A DNA stretch of 64,000 nucleotides from Bacteroidia bacterium (GTDB lineage: Bacteria > Bacteroidota > Bacteroidia > JADZBD01): positions 10,913 through 74,912 of the forward strand of contig JAGVMA010000068.1 of NCBI GenBank assembly GCA_020054095.1, given 5' to 3'. The notes beneath the pieces are model-generated. The model was not told the DNA's origin, searched no databases, and worked only from the letters and a program-made list of their open reading frames with translations. How positions within the stretch are numbered: position 1 is the first letter of the stretch; each line of letters starts with the position of its first letter. The position numbers and the translations under genes were made by a program. Shown in pieces: positions 50,949-59,088 of the stretch.

Positions 50949-51331
50949 ATGAATGAAGTGGAAGGTTATATTATGCTAACAGAAAACGATAATCAGCGCG
51001 AAATAATGCTGTTTTTTCATCAATTGTTTTCTATGTATCCTATGGTTAGTTCTAAAATCCGTTTTAAAGTTCCGTTTTACGACCAAAAAAATGGCTCTGT
51101 TATCTCAGTAAAATAAAAAATAACGGAGTAGAACTTGCTTTTATAAGAGGTAACGAGCTTAAAGATATGCACCATCTGCTAAATGCTAAAGGAAGGAAAC
51201 AGGTTTACGGCATTGATTTTTATTAATTAACTGACGAAAACATTGCTACCGCTACCGAAGTTTTTAATGCTGCACTCGATTTGGATAAAAAATTCAAATA
51301 CAAAGCAAAGCGGGTAAAAAAGAACAACTAA
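50949..51331 (+). pseudogene. Decayed DUF1801 (YdhG-like)-family gene: one frameshift in an A4TA6 tract and one in-frame TAA
   Basis: Three adjacent segments read ...RFKVPFYDQKNGSVISVK*, then (after a frame change) NNGVELAFIRGNELKDMHHLLNAKGRKQVYGIDFY*, then in-frame LTDENIATATEVFNAALDLDKKF... Together they reconstruct a ~125-aa DUF1801-like protein. Confidence 0.5.
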
Positions 51332-51336
51332 CTATT

Positions 51337-51358
51337 TCTTTGGCACACTTAATGCCAT
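51337..51358 (+). promoter_or_regulatory. Candidate sigma-54 (-24/-12) promoter upstream of the OmpA/TolB-like gene
   Basis: TGGCAC-ACTTAA-TGC at 51341-51355. GG and GC are spaced exactly as in the TGGCACG-N4-TTGC consensus. The GC lies 37 bp upstream of the ATG at 51392. Confidence 0.35.
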
Positions 51359-51391
51359 ATTTTGGTAAGTTTGTTAGTGTAATTTTATCTT

Positions 51392-53353
51392 ATGAAAGTA
51401 AAGACATTTTTCTCCTATCTACTTGTAATGCTCGTGGTTTCGTGCAAGGCGCAATCACAAGGAAATTATTCTAGCACCAATAAAAAAGCAATTAAACTTT
51501 ACGAAAAAGCATCTGAGTTTTATCAGAACAAGCAAAGTGCTAAGGCGCTCGATGAATTATCAAAATGCCTTAAAACCGATTCACTTTTTGCTGAAGCGCA
51601 TGCACTAATGGGTTACATTTTTATTGATATGAAGAAGGATAACGAAGCAATAAAATCGTTATCAAAAGCAGTTTATATAAGCCCGAATTTTTATCGAAAA
51701 CTTTTTTTTACACTCGGTAGATTAGAGATGACTAAGGGTATGTATGCCGAAGCCAAAATGCATCTTTCACAATATCTTAAATCACCTAAGCTCGATCCGT
51801 TTTACGCCAATTATGCTCAATTGGATATTTTAAATTGCGATTTTGCAATTCAAGCGATGAAAAACCCGGTGGCATTTAATCCTAAAAACATGGGAGCGGA
51901 AGTGAATACCGATGGCTACGAATATTTTCCGGCAATTACTGCCGATAATTCTCAGTTTATGTTCACGCGTAATGTGCGCCCTGATAAAAATGATCCTAAC
52001 TCGCATTGGCAGGAAGATTTTTTTATTTCAAAAAATGTGGATGGAAAATGGACTGCAGCAAAAGGCATTAGCAATAATATTAATACGCAGGCCAATGAAG
52101 GCGCACCCACACTTTCTGTTGATGGACAAATTTTATTTTTCGTGATATGTGCTCAGGAAGAAGGTTATGGTGGCGAACGAAAAGGATATGGCAGTTGCGA
52201 TATTTTTTATTCGCAGTTAATAGGAACCAAATGGACAAAGCCGCAAAATGTGGGCTCGCCCGTTAATTCTAAAAATTGGGAAACTCAACCTTCTTTTTCA
52301 TCCGATGGCAAAACACTTTATTTTATTAGAGGAACATTAAATGAAGAAGGAGTTCGCGATAGAGATATTTGGATGGCGCAAATTCAAGACGATGGCAGGT
52401 GGAGTAATCCGGTGAGATTGAGCGATAAAATTAATACACCCGGAAACGAGGAGTCGGTTTACATTCACCCGGATAATCAAACACTTTATTTTGCATCTAA
52501 CGGCCACATAGGAATGGGCGGTATGGATATTTTTATGTGCAAGCGCGATGCGAATGGTGAATGGGGTAACCCCATAAACTTGGGTTATCCGATTAATACT
52601 TGGAACGATGAAAATAGTTTGCTTGTTAATGCACAAGGCAATGTTGCTTATTTTTCTTCTGATAGGGCGGGAGGCTTTGGTGGCATGGATATTTATTATT
52701 TTGAATTAGATAAAAGTTTGCAGCCGCAAAAAGTTACTTATGTGAAAGGAAAAGTTTTTGATAAAGAAACCAAAGCTCCATTGGAAGCTCGCTTTGAATT
52801 GATTGATTTGGCAACAGGAAAACAAGTTATTGTTTCAGGTTCTAATCCCGGCACGGGCGAATTTTTGGTTTGCTTGCCTCCTAACAAAGATTATATGCTG
52901 AATGTATCAAAAGAAGGATACTTGTTTTATTCGCAAAATTTTTCGCTGAAAGAACAAGTTGGGGATAAGCCCTATCAGCTTGATGTGCCACTTAGCAAAC
53001 CTAATGTGGATGAAATTGTGCGATTAGACAATGTTTTTTTTGATACAGATAAATTTGATTTGAAACCAGAGTCGAAAGCGGAGTTAAATAAATTGGTTGA
53101 TTTTTTGAAGAAAAATGCAGCACTTAAAATAGAATTACGCGGACACACCGATAGTGATGGCAACGACAAATCAAACCTCGTTTTATCTGATAATAGGGCA
53201 AAAGCTGTTTATCAATATTTAATTGACAACGGAATCACAAAAGAGCGTTTGAGTTTTAAAGGATATGGCGAAACGCTTCCGATAGAAAAAAACGATACGC
53301 CAGAAGGCAGACAAAAAAACAGAAGGACTGAGTTTAAGATCATTGCAAAGTAG
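51392..53353 (+). CDS. OmpA-family protein with N-terminal TPR and TolB-like beta-propeller repeats
   Basis: Signal peptide plus lipobox-like SC. TPR at aa 25-150. WD40-like/TolB repeats in the middle. C-terminal OmpA domain (NVFFDTDKFDL...LRGHTDSDGN...NRRTEFKI). Confidence 0.85.
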   Translation: MKVKTFFSYLLVMLVVSCKAQSQGNYSSTNKKAIKLYEKASEFYQNKQSAKALDELSKCLKTDSLFAEAHALMGYIFIDMKKDNEAIKSLSKAVYISPNFYRKLFFTLGRLEMTKGMYAEAKMHLSQYLKSPKLDPFYANYAQLDILNCDFAIQAMKNPVAFNPKNMGAEVNTDGYEYFPAITADNSQFMFTRNVRPDKNDPNSHWQEDFFISKNVDGKWTAAKGISNNINTQANEGAPTLSVDGQILFFVICAQEEGYGGERKGYGSCDIFYSQLIGTKWTKPQNVGSPVNSKNWETQPSFSSDGKTLYFIRGTLNEEGVRDRDIWMAQIQDDGRWSNPVRLSDKINTPGNEESVYIHPDNQTLYFASNGHIGMGGMDIFMCKRDANGEWGNPINLGYPINTWNDENSLLVNAQGNVAYFSSDRAGGFGGMDIYYFELDKSLQPQKVTYVKGKVFDKETKAPLEARFELIDLATGKQVIVSGSNPGTGEFLVCLPPNKDYMLNVSKEGYLFYSQNFSLKEQVGDKPYQLDVPLSKPNVDEIVRLDNVFFDTDKFDLKPESKAELNKLVDFLKKNAALKIELRGHTDSDGNDKSNLVLSDNRAKAVYQYLIDNGITKERLSFKGYGETLPIEKNDTPEGRQKNRRTEFKIIAK

Positions 53354-54412
53354 ATGAAGCTGAACTATTTTTTAGCATTCATTTTTTTCATTTCAGTTAA
53401 TTTTTGTTTCGCACAACAAAATAATATTAAACACACTGTTTATTTAATTGGCGATGCAGGAGATGATGAAAAGTCGGGAGATGCACTGCTGCGTTTGCAG
53501 AATATAATTACTAATGATAGTAATAGCTCTGTCCTTTTTTTAGGCGACAATGTTTATCCGCAAGGATTAAATATCAAATCTCAGTCTTCAAAAAATAAAA
53601 TGCTATCGCAACTTAGAGTACTCAAGACCTATAAAGGCAATGCTTATTTTATTCCGGGCAACCATGATTGGAAGGCGCAAAAAATAAATGGCTATAAATA
53701 TATTATTGACCAACAAAAATTTATTGATGCTTACGCTATTGATAGTTTAAAGAAATTAAAAAATGTAAATGATGGAATTTTTTATCCTTTAAGTGCTGCA
53801 CCAGGGCCTAATAGCTTTTTAATAGCAGAAAAATTACGTCTTGTGATAATTGATTCGCAGTGGTTTTTGCAACAGATGCCTTTTCATAAAGTGGGAACAT
53901 TTACTGATAAGTCTAAAAAGGAAACAGCAAAAATTTTTTACCAAAAAATGGATAGCATCTTATCATTTAGTAAAAAAAATGGTGAGCAGGTTATTCTTGC
54001 AGCACATCATCCGCTATTTTCAAATGGAGAGCACGGAAAAGAAAAAAAGTTTTTTGTTGCCTTAATAAGATATACTCCGTTTCAGGTTTTTGGATTAATG
54101 GGTTTGAATAGACTTAATTCGCAAAACATGGCACATCCAAGATATAAGAATTGGAAAAATAATATTTTAAGTATAATCAATAAATACGATAATATTTTAT
54201 ATGTGTCTGGTCATGATCATAATTTACAGTATCTGCAAATTAATGGCGCTGATTACATTGTGAGCGGTGCAGGCAGCAAAGTGTCGAAAATTAAATCAAA
54301 AAAGCACAATGCAAAAGGCAGTTACGATAATGCAACCGCCTTTGTCAGAATTGAGTGCTATCAGGATAATACTTTCCGAGTATTTTTTGAAATAGATTTA
54401 TTCCAAAATTAA
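53354..54412 (+). CDS. Calcineurin-like metallophosphoesterase
   Basis: Signal peptide. Metal-binding blocks GDAGDD, GDNVY, GNHD, GHDHN. Confidence 0.75.
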   Translation: MKLNYFLAFIFFISVNFCFAQQNNIKHTVYLIGDAGDDEKSGDALLRLQNIITNDSNSSVLFLGDNVYPQGLNIKSQSSKNKMLSQLRVLKTYKGNAYFIPGNHDWKAQKINGYKYIIDQQKFIDAYAIDSLKKLKNVNDGIFYPLSAAPGPNSFLIAEKLRLVIIDSQWFLQQMPFHKVGTFTDKSKKETAKIFYQKMDSILSFSKKNGEQVILAAHHPLFSNGEHGKEKKFFVALIRYTPFQVFGLMGLNRLNSQNMAHPRYKNWKNNILSIINKYDNILYVSGHDHNLQYLQINGADYIVSGAGSKVSKIKSKKHNAKGSYDNATAFVRIECYQDNTFRVFFEIDLFQN

Positions 54413-54879
54413 TTTAAGCGCTCAAGCGTTTTTTTAATTTCATCAAAATTAGGGTACTCTCCAGCGTTGGCTAATACTTCGGCAAACTGAACCATACCCT
54501 CTTTGTCAATTACAAAAGATGCACGTTGCGCCACGCCTTTCAACCCTGCAATCCAATTTTCAATTTCGCAGCTATATGCCTTTATTGCTTCTTTGTTAAA
54601 GTCTGAAAGTAATGCGAAGTTCAGGTTTTGATCAGCTTTAAATTTTGCAAGCGAAAAAGGTAAATCAACTGAAATGCCGAATACCTGTGCATTCATGTTA
54701 TTGTAAAACGAAAGTTCATCGCGTGTTTGGCACATTTCTTTAGTGCACACGCCTGTGAATGCTGCCGGGAAAAATAAGAGTAAAACATTTTTCCCTTTTA
54801 GTGATGATAGAGCCACCATATTTTTATCCGAATCAGGTAAATTAAATTCGGGTGCTTTTTGTCCGATAGTGATTGCCAT
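54409..54879 (-). CDS. Peroxiredoxin (AhpC/TSA redoxin family)
   Basis: Redoxin-fold Cys pair FTGVCTKEMC. 156 aa. Confidence 0.65.
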   Translation of the reverse strand: MAITIGQKAPEFNLPDSDKNMVALSSLKGKNVLLLFFPAAFTGVCTKEMCQTRDELSFYNNMNAQVFGISVDLPFSLAKFKADQNLNFALLSDFNKEAIKAYSCEIENWIAGLKGVAQRASFVIDKEGMVQFAEVLANAGEYPNFDEIKKTLERLN

Positions 54880-54884
54880 AATTT

Positions 54885-56444
54885 TTAGTTTTTGTTTATT
54901 GCTTTAAATATTGTTACGTTTTTTGTTTTTTTCACTTCCTCTAAATTATAATTAGAAAACAAATTAAACAAAATTTTTTTTTGCGTAGGTAAGTAGAAAA
55001 ATCTATTCTCGGCAAATATATATAGATTATCAACAGTGCCTTTGTAATTGTAATGTGTCCACCCATATTTTACGCCCACCGAATAGGTTTCTAAACTAAC
55101 CATTTGTCGGTTATTTTTTATTGTATTGGCGGCTTCGGGGCTGGTTACGTAAAATAAATTATTACCGGTTTTTAGCGAATCATCTAATCGTTTTAATTCT
55201 GCTAAAGCATCTTTGTCGTAGTAGTTGTATGCGAATCCATCCGATTGGGCCAAGTTTTTATTTACTATTAGTTTTTTATATGAGAATGTAGCAATGCCAT
55301 AAGTGGCTATTAAAATAATTCCGGCAAATGCAATTGTTTTTTTTCGGTTAAATATTTCTTGAAATCCGATGCATAAAATGGGTATGAATAGTATGCTGTA
55401 AAATCTAAAATGCCTGTATGTGTAGTCCATCCAATTTTCTTTTATAGAAAATAAAAAATATGCTAATGCAAATACGGTGTAAAAACATACGAAAAGTAAA
55501 ACCAAATCGTGATGGTTTTTTAATTTGTTTTTTAATAATAGAAGAATTAAAACTACCGCTACGCTTATCAGAAAGAAGACAAATGGCTTCATGGCAAAAT
55601 ATGTTTCTCTTATTTTGCTTGGTATTGATTCGTCTTCTATGTCGGATAAATTGATGATGCTTGCAAGAGGTGCTGCAGAAGCAACAAAACTGTTTTCAAG
55701 TTTTGTATGTTTGTAAATGCCTCCTTTTAGTTGAGATGAGTCAACTCCTTTATTTTGAAATGTTATTTTAAATGCACCAAATGCAATTAAAAATGGTATT
55801 GCATATATACAAGCGACTGTAATTCTTTTTTCTTTAAACTTTTTGTAGGCAAAAAACAAAATTGTTGCAGCGCATGCTATCAGTAGAGATAATTTTATCA
55901 TTATCATCAAAAATGTGCATGCGGAAATTATTAAAACCGAAACAATTGTTATTCTCTCTAACCTAAACATAATTAATGCATACCAAGGTAACGAAGCAAA
56001 TGCAAGCATTTCGCCCATTCCTAAATTGTAAAAATTAGTATTAAAATTAGAGCGATTGGTAATAAGTAGCAGCAGGGTAAGCCACACATACAACTCAGGT
56101 ACATTAAATTTTCTCAATAATTTATACATACCTATTAGCCCAAACACAAGGCATATTATTACAACTATTAAATAGGAATTGCCAGCGGAGAATCCAATCT
56201 TGAAAAACAGATATGGAATTAAATAATGTGCAGGCGACCAGGTGGAAATAAATACTTCTTTATCTAATGCTATATTCTCACCCGTTGGTTGGCTAATGCA
56301 GTTAAACGCTCCGCCATTTTCAATATTTTTTATACACATAAGCCCAACTGCTGTATCCTCGCTCAGGGCAATTGGGCTTATAATGTTTACTATTGAATAG
56401 TAAAAACAAATAATAACTACCAGCCATTTTAATGTTTTTACCAT
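54885..56444 (-). CDS. Hypothetical polytopic membrane protein, possibly a glycosyltransferase-39-like or EPS-related membrane protein
   Basis: 519 aa with at least 10 predicted TM helices. No assignable motif. Confidence 0.45.
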   Translation of the reverse strand: MVKTLKWLVVIICFYYSIVNIISPIALSEDTAVGLMCIKNIENGGAFNCISQPTGENIALDKEVFISTWSPAHYLIPYLFFKIGFSAGNSYLIVVIICLVFGLIGMYKLLRKFNVPELYVWLTLLLLITNRSNFNTNFYNLGMGEMLAFASLPWYALIMFRLERITIVSVLIISACTFLMIMIKLSLLIACAATILFFAYKKFKEKRITVACIYAIPFLIAFGAFKITFQNKGVDSSQLKGGIYKHTKLENSFVASAAPLASIINLSDIEDESIPSKIRETYFAMKPFVFFLISVAVVLILLLLKNKLKNHHDLVLLFVCFYTVFALAYFLFSIKENWMDYTYRHFRFYSILFIPILCIGFQEIFNRKKTIAFAGIILIATYGIATFSYKKLIVNKNLAQSDGFAYNYYDKDALAELKRLDDSLKTGNNLFYVTSPEAANTIKNNRQMVSLETYSVGVKYGWTHYNYKGTVDNLYIFAENRFFYLPTQKKILFNLFSNYNLEEVKKTKNVTIFKAINKN

Positions 56445-56477
56445 TTTGTAAATAATTTGAAATAACTTACATCTTGC

Positions 56478-57749
56478 TTAAGCGAATAGCTTGTATTTTT
56501 TCATCATCACATTCACTTTTTTTCTGATGTCTTTCAATTTAGTGTCGTTAGCTCGGTTCATCAAGGCAGCGTCAAATAAATCAACAACTTTTATTATTTC
56601 TTTTTCTTTTAAACCGCGTGTAGTAATTGCAGCAGTGCCAACGCGCACACCTGATGTAACAAATGGTGATTTATCATCAAACGGAACCATGTTTTTATTT
56701 ACTGTTATATCCGCTTTTCCTAAAATAGCTTCCGCCTCTTTGCCTGTGATATTTTTTGTGCGTAGGTCAATCAGCATACAGTGGTTTTCTGTTCCGCCTG
56801 AAATTACATTGTAGCCCTTATCTATAAAACACTTAGCCATTACAGCTGCATTTTTTTTCACCTGCAGTGTATATTTCATAAAGCTGTTATCAAGTGCTTC
56901 GCCAAATGCAATTGCTTTTGCAGCAATTACATGCTCAAGCGGGCCGCCTTGTGTGCCGGGGAAAACAGCAGCATCAAGCAATGCCGACATCATTTTAATT
57001 TCTCCTTTTGGAGTTGTTAATCCCCATGGATTAGGAAAATCTTTTCCCATCATTATTACACCGCCTCGTGGGCCACGCAATGTTTTGTGTGTGGTGCTGG
57101 TAACAATGTGGCAATGTGGAAGCGGGTCGTTTAACAATCCTCTGGCAATTAAACCGGCCGGATGCGAAATATCTGCCATCAAGAGTGCATTTATTTTGTC
57201 GGCAATCTTGCGTAAGCGAACATAATCCCAATCGCGAGAATATGATGATGCGCCACAAATAATGAGTTTTGGTTTTTCTTTTAATGCAGTAGCTTCTACT
57301 TTATTGTAATCAATTTTCCCGGTTTCTTTTTCTACTCCATAAAAAGTTGGGCGGTAAAGTTTACCCGAAAAATTTACCGGTGAGCCATGTGTTAAGTGCC
57401 CTCCGTGCGATAAATCAAAACCTAAAATAGTATCGCCCGGTTTTAAAACAGCAAGCATAACTGCTGCGTTTGCTTGTGCGCCTGAATGTGGCTGCACATT
57501 TCCCCACTCGGCATTAAACAATGATTTTAATCTGTCAATAGCTAATTGTTCTACTTTATCCACCACTTCGCAACCGCCATAATATCTTTTTCCCGGTAAT
57601 CCTTCGGCATATTTATTTGTAAGTACCGAGCCCATTGCTTTCATCACTTGGTCGCTCACATAATTTTCTGATGCAATTAACTCGATGCCATATTTTTGGC
57701 GATGAGTTTCCTCTTTAATGTAGTCAAAAATCAATTTGTCTTTTTTCAT
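56478..57749 (-). CDS. glyA: Serine hydroxymethyltransferase
   Basis: PLP-Lys region ([15 protein letters not shown]) and full-length SHMT pattern. Confidence 0.95.
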   Translation of the reverse strand: MKKDKLIFDYIKEETHRQKYGIELIASENYVSDQVMKAMGSVLTNKYAEGLPGKRYYGGCEVVDKVEQLAIDRLKSLFNAEWGNVQPHSGAQANAAVMLAVLKPGDTILGFDLSHGGHLTHGSPVNFSGKLYRPTFYGVEKETGKIDYNKVEATALKEKPKLIICGASSYSRDWDYVRLRKIADKINALLMADISHPAGLIARGLLNDPLPHCHIVTSTTHKTLRGPRGGVIMMGKDFPNPWGLTTPKGEIKMMSALLDAAVFPGTQGGPLEHVIAAKAIAFGEALDNSFMKYTLQVKKNAAVMAKCFIDKGYNVISGGTENHCMLIDLRTKNITGKEAEAILGKADITVNKNMVPFDDKSPFVTSGVRVGTAAITTRGLKEKEIIKVVDLFDAALMNRANDTKLKDIRKKVNVMMKKYKLFA

Positions 57750-57801
57750 GTTGCTTTATATTACGTGAGCAAAAGTATATTTTTATTAAATAGCAAACGG
57801 C

Positions 57802-58290
57802 TTATTCGTGGTTGTTTTTCGATGCGCTGTCGAGTTTGAAAAGTGGAATGAGGATAAACATCATAATGGGCGATTGCAGCCAGCCCATAAACCACCGTGG
57901 AAACTTATATGCCATTTCAATATTGCCAAATAGTTTAAGTACCCCGAACAATAGTAGTGCGAAAACGACAATTCCGCCATGTGCTATTAGTGTCCATTTC
58001 AGGTATTTAGAAGCAATAAATATGTGCTTTATAACCAAATAGGTGGCTGTAAAGTAAAGCAAGCAAAAAATGGCAGTAAGTACCCATTTTGAAATAAAAA
58101 GTGTTACGTAAGAGTAGTTTTCAATAAATTTTAAATCGGGTGAAATAACATAGTCAAATGTATTGTTGTAATATAACTGAGATAAACGGAAGTTAATATT
58201 GAGAAAAACATGGTCTCTGAAATAACCTAAAAGTATAATATAGGCAGCTATTATAAAAAAAAACAGGTATTTATTTTTTATTGTCGGCAT
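57802..58290 (-). CDS. Exosortase F system-associated membrane protein (XrtF partner, TIGR04127-like)
   Basis: 162-aa protein with four TM helices, overlapping the 3' end of the exosortase gene by 20 bp. The size, context and orientation match the XrtF-associated family. The assignment rests mainly on context. Confidence 0.5.
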   Translation of the reverse strand: MPTIKNKYLFFFIIAAYIILLGYFRDHVFLNINFRLSQLYYNNTFDYVISPDLKFIENYSYVTLFISKWVLTAIFCLLYFTATYLVIKHIFIASKYLKWTLIAHGGIVVFALLLFGVLKLFGNIEMAYKFPRWFMGWLQSPIMMFILIPLFKLDSASKNNHE

Positions 58291-58834
58291 CAGTATCTGC
58301 TTTTTTAGAGAATATTGATTTGGCGAATTTATTTACCCAAACCATCCAAAGAAAAAATATAAAGCCGTAAATTAAAATATAAAATGTGTAATTGTGATTA
58401 AACTCGAGGTATGCCGGTGCTTTTAAAACGATAATGCAAAGTATTGTAACACGAATAATATTTAAAATGTGGATGAGAAGTATGCCTAACGGGATAAACC
58501 ACAGTTTCTTCTTTATAGGTCCGGGAAATGCAACAACAAATATTGTAAACAGCGAAAAGAGTGCAATGCCGTTGCATGGATCGCCAATCCAAAGACCATG
58601 TGTGCCGTCTATTCCTACTGTTCTTATCGTGTCGCTCTTAGCAGTGAAGGGCTGGTATCCTAATAAATAGAGTAGGTGAGAGGTGAAATAAACGGTATTG
58701 TTAATTGCGATGCTGTCTAATTTGCCAGATGGATGCAACAAAAATTCATAAAGGAAGTACCAGCACAAATAAAGTATTGAGAAAAAAACTAAAAAACGCG
58801 GAATTGGGTTTTTAGGAATTATGCTAAATGACAT
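58271..58834 (-). CDS. xrtF: Exosortase family protein XrtF (short Bacteroidota exosortase)
   Basis: 187-aa polytopic membrane protein with the exosortase catalytic-type motif (WIGDPCNGIALFSLF, Cys in a CxG context) and the conserved Arg helix (NIIRVTIL). Its start abuts the stop of the small ORF upstream. Confidence 0.7.
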   Translation of the reverse strand: MSFSIIPKNPIPRFLVFFSILYLCWYFLYEFLLHPSGKLDSIAINNTVYFTSHLLYLLGYQPFTAKSDTIRTVGIDGTHGLWIGDPCNGIALFSLFTIFVVAFPGPIKKKLWFIPLGILLIHILNIIRVTILCIIVLKAPAYLEFNHNYTFYILIYGFIFFLWMVWVNKFAKSIFSKKADTDADNKK

Positions 58835-59077
58835 TTAAGCTGAAACTTCGCTTTCGTTCGATTTGTTTTTACGAGAATCGTATAATTTCTTACCACCGTA
58901 CGCTACACCGGCAGCAATAAGCAAACTCACACCTCCATCAATTGGAACACATGGCGGTGGCCAGCATGGCGGGCCCATTGGCGGACCCATTGGCGGACCC
59001 ATTGCGGCAAATGAGTTAATACTCGATAAAAGTATAAGCGATAGTGTAGTATATAAGTAAATAAGCCTATTGTTCAT
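58835..59077 (-). CDS. Small secreted Pro-rich protein (MGPP x3) with a PEP-CTERM-like C-terminal tail: candidate XrtF substrate
   Basis: Sequence: signal peptide (MNNRLIYLYTTLSLILLSSINSFA), then AMGPPMGPPMGPPCWPPPCVPIDGG, then a hydrophobic helix (VSLLIAAGVAYGG), then a basic cluster (KKLYDSRKNK). It is 11 bp downstream of the large T9SS gene and has zero gap to xrtF. Confidence 0.55.
   Translation of the reverse strand: MNNRLIYLYTTLSLILLSSINSFAAMGPPMGPPMGPPCWPPPCVPIDGGVSLLIAAGVAYGGKKLYDSRKNKSNESEVSA
58974..59009 (-). repeat. 12-bp x3 tandem repeat (cccattggcgga on the + strand) encoding (MGPP)3
   Basis: Three contiguous 12-mers at 58974-58985, 58986-58997 and 58998-59009. The third differs by 2 bases. 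Confidence 0.85.
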
Positions 59078-59088
59078 TATAAATTTTG

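Noticed and set aside
50949-51331. Treating the three short DUF1801-like pieces as separate tiny genes, or as a programmed frameshift
   Set aside because: The shift occurs at a homopolymer tract and an in-frame TAA also interrupts the protein. Simple decay or sequencing error is more parsimonious than recoding.
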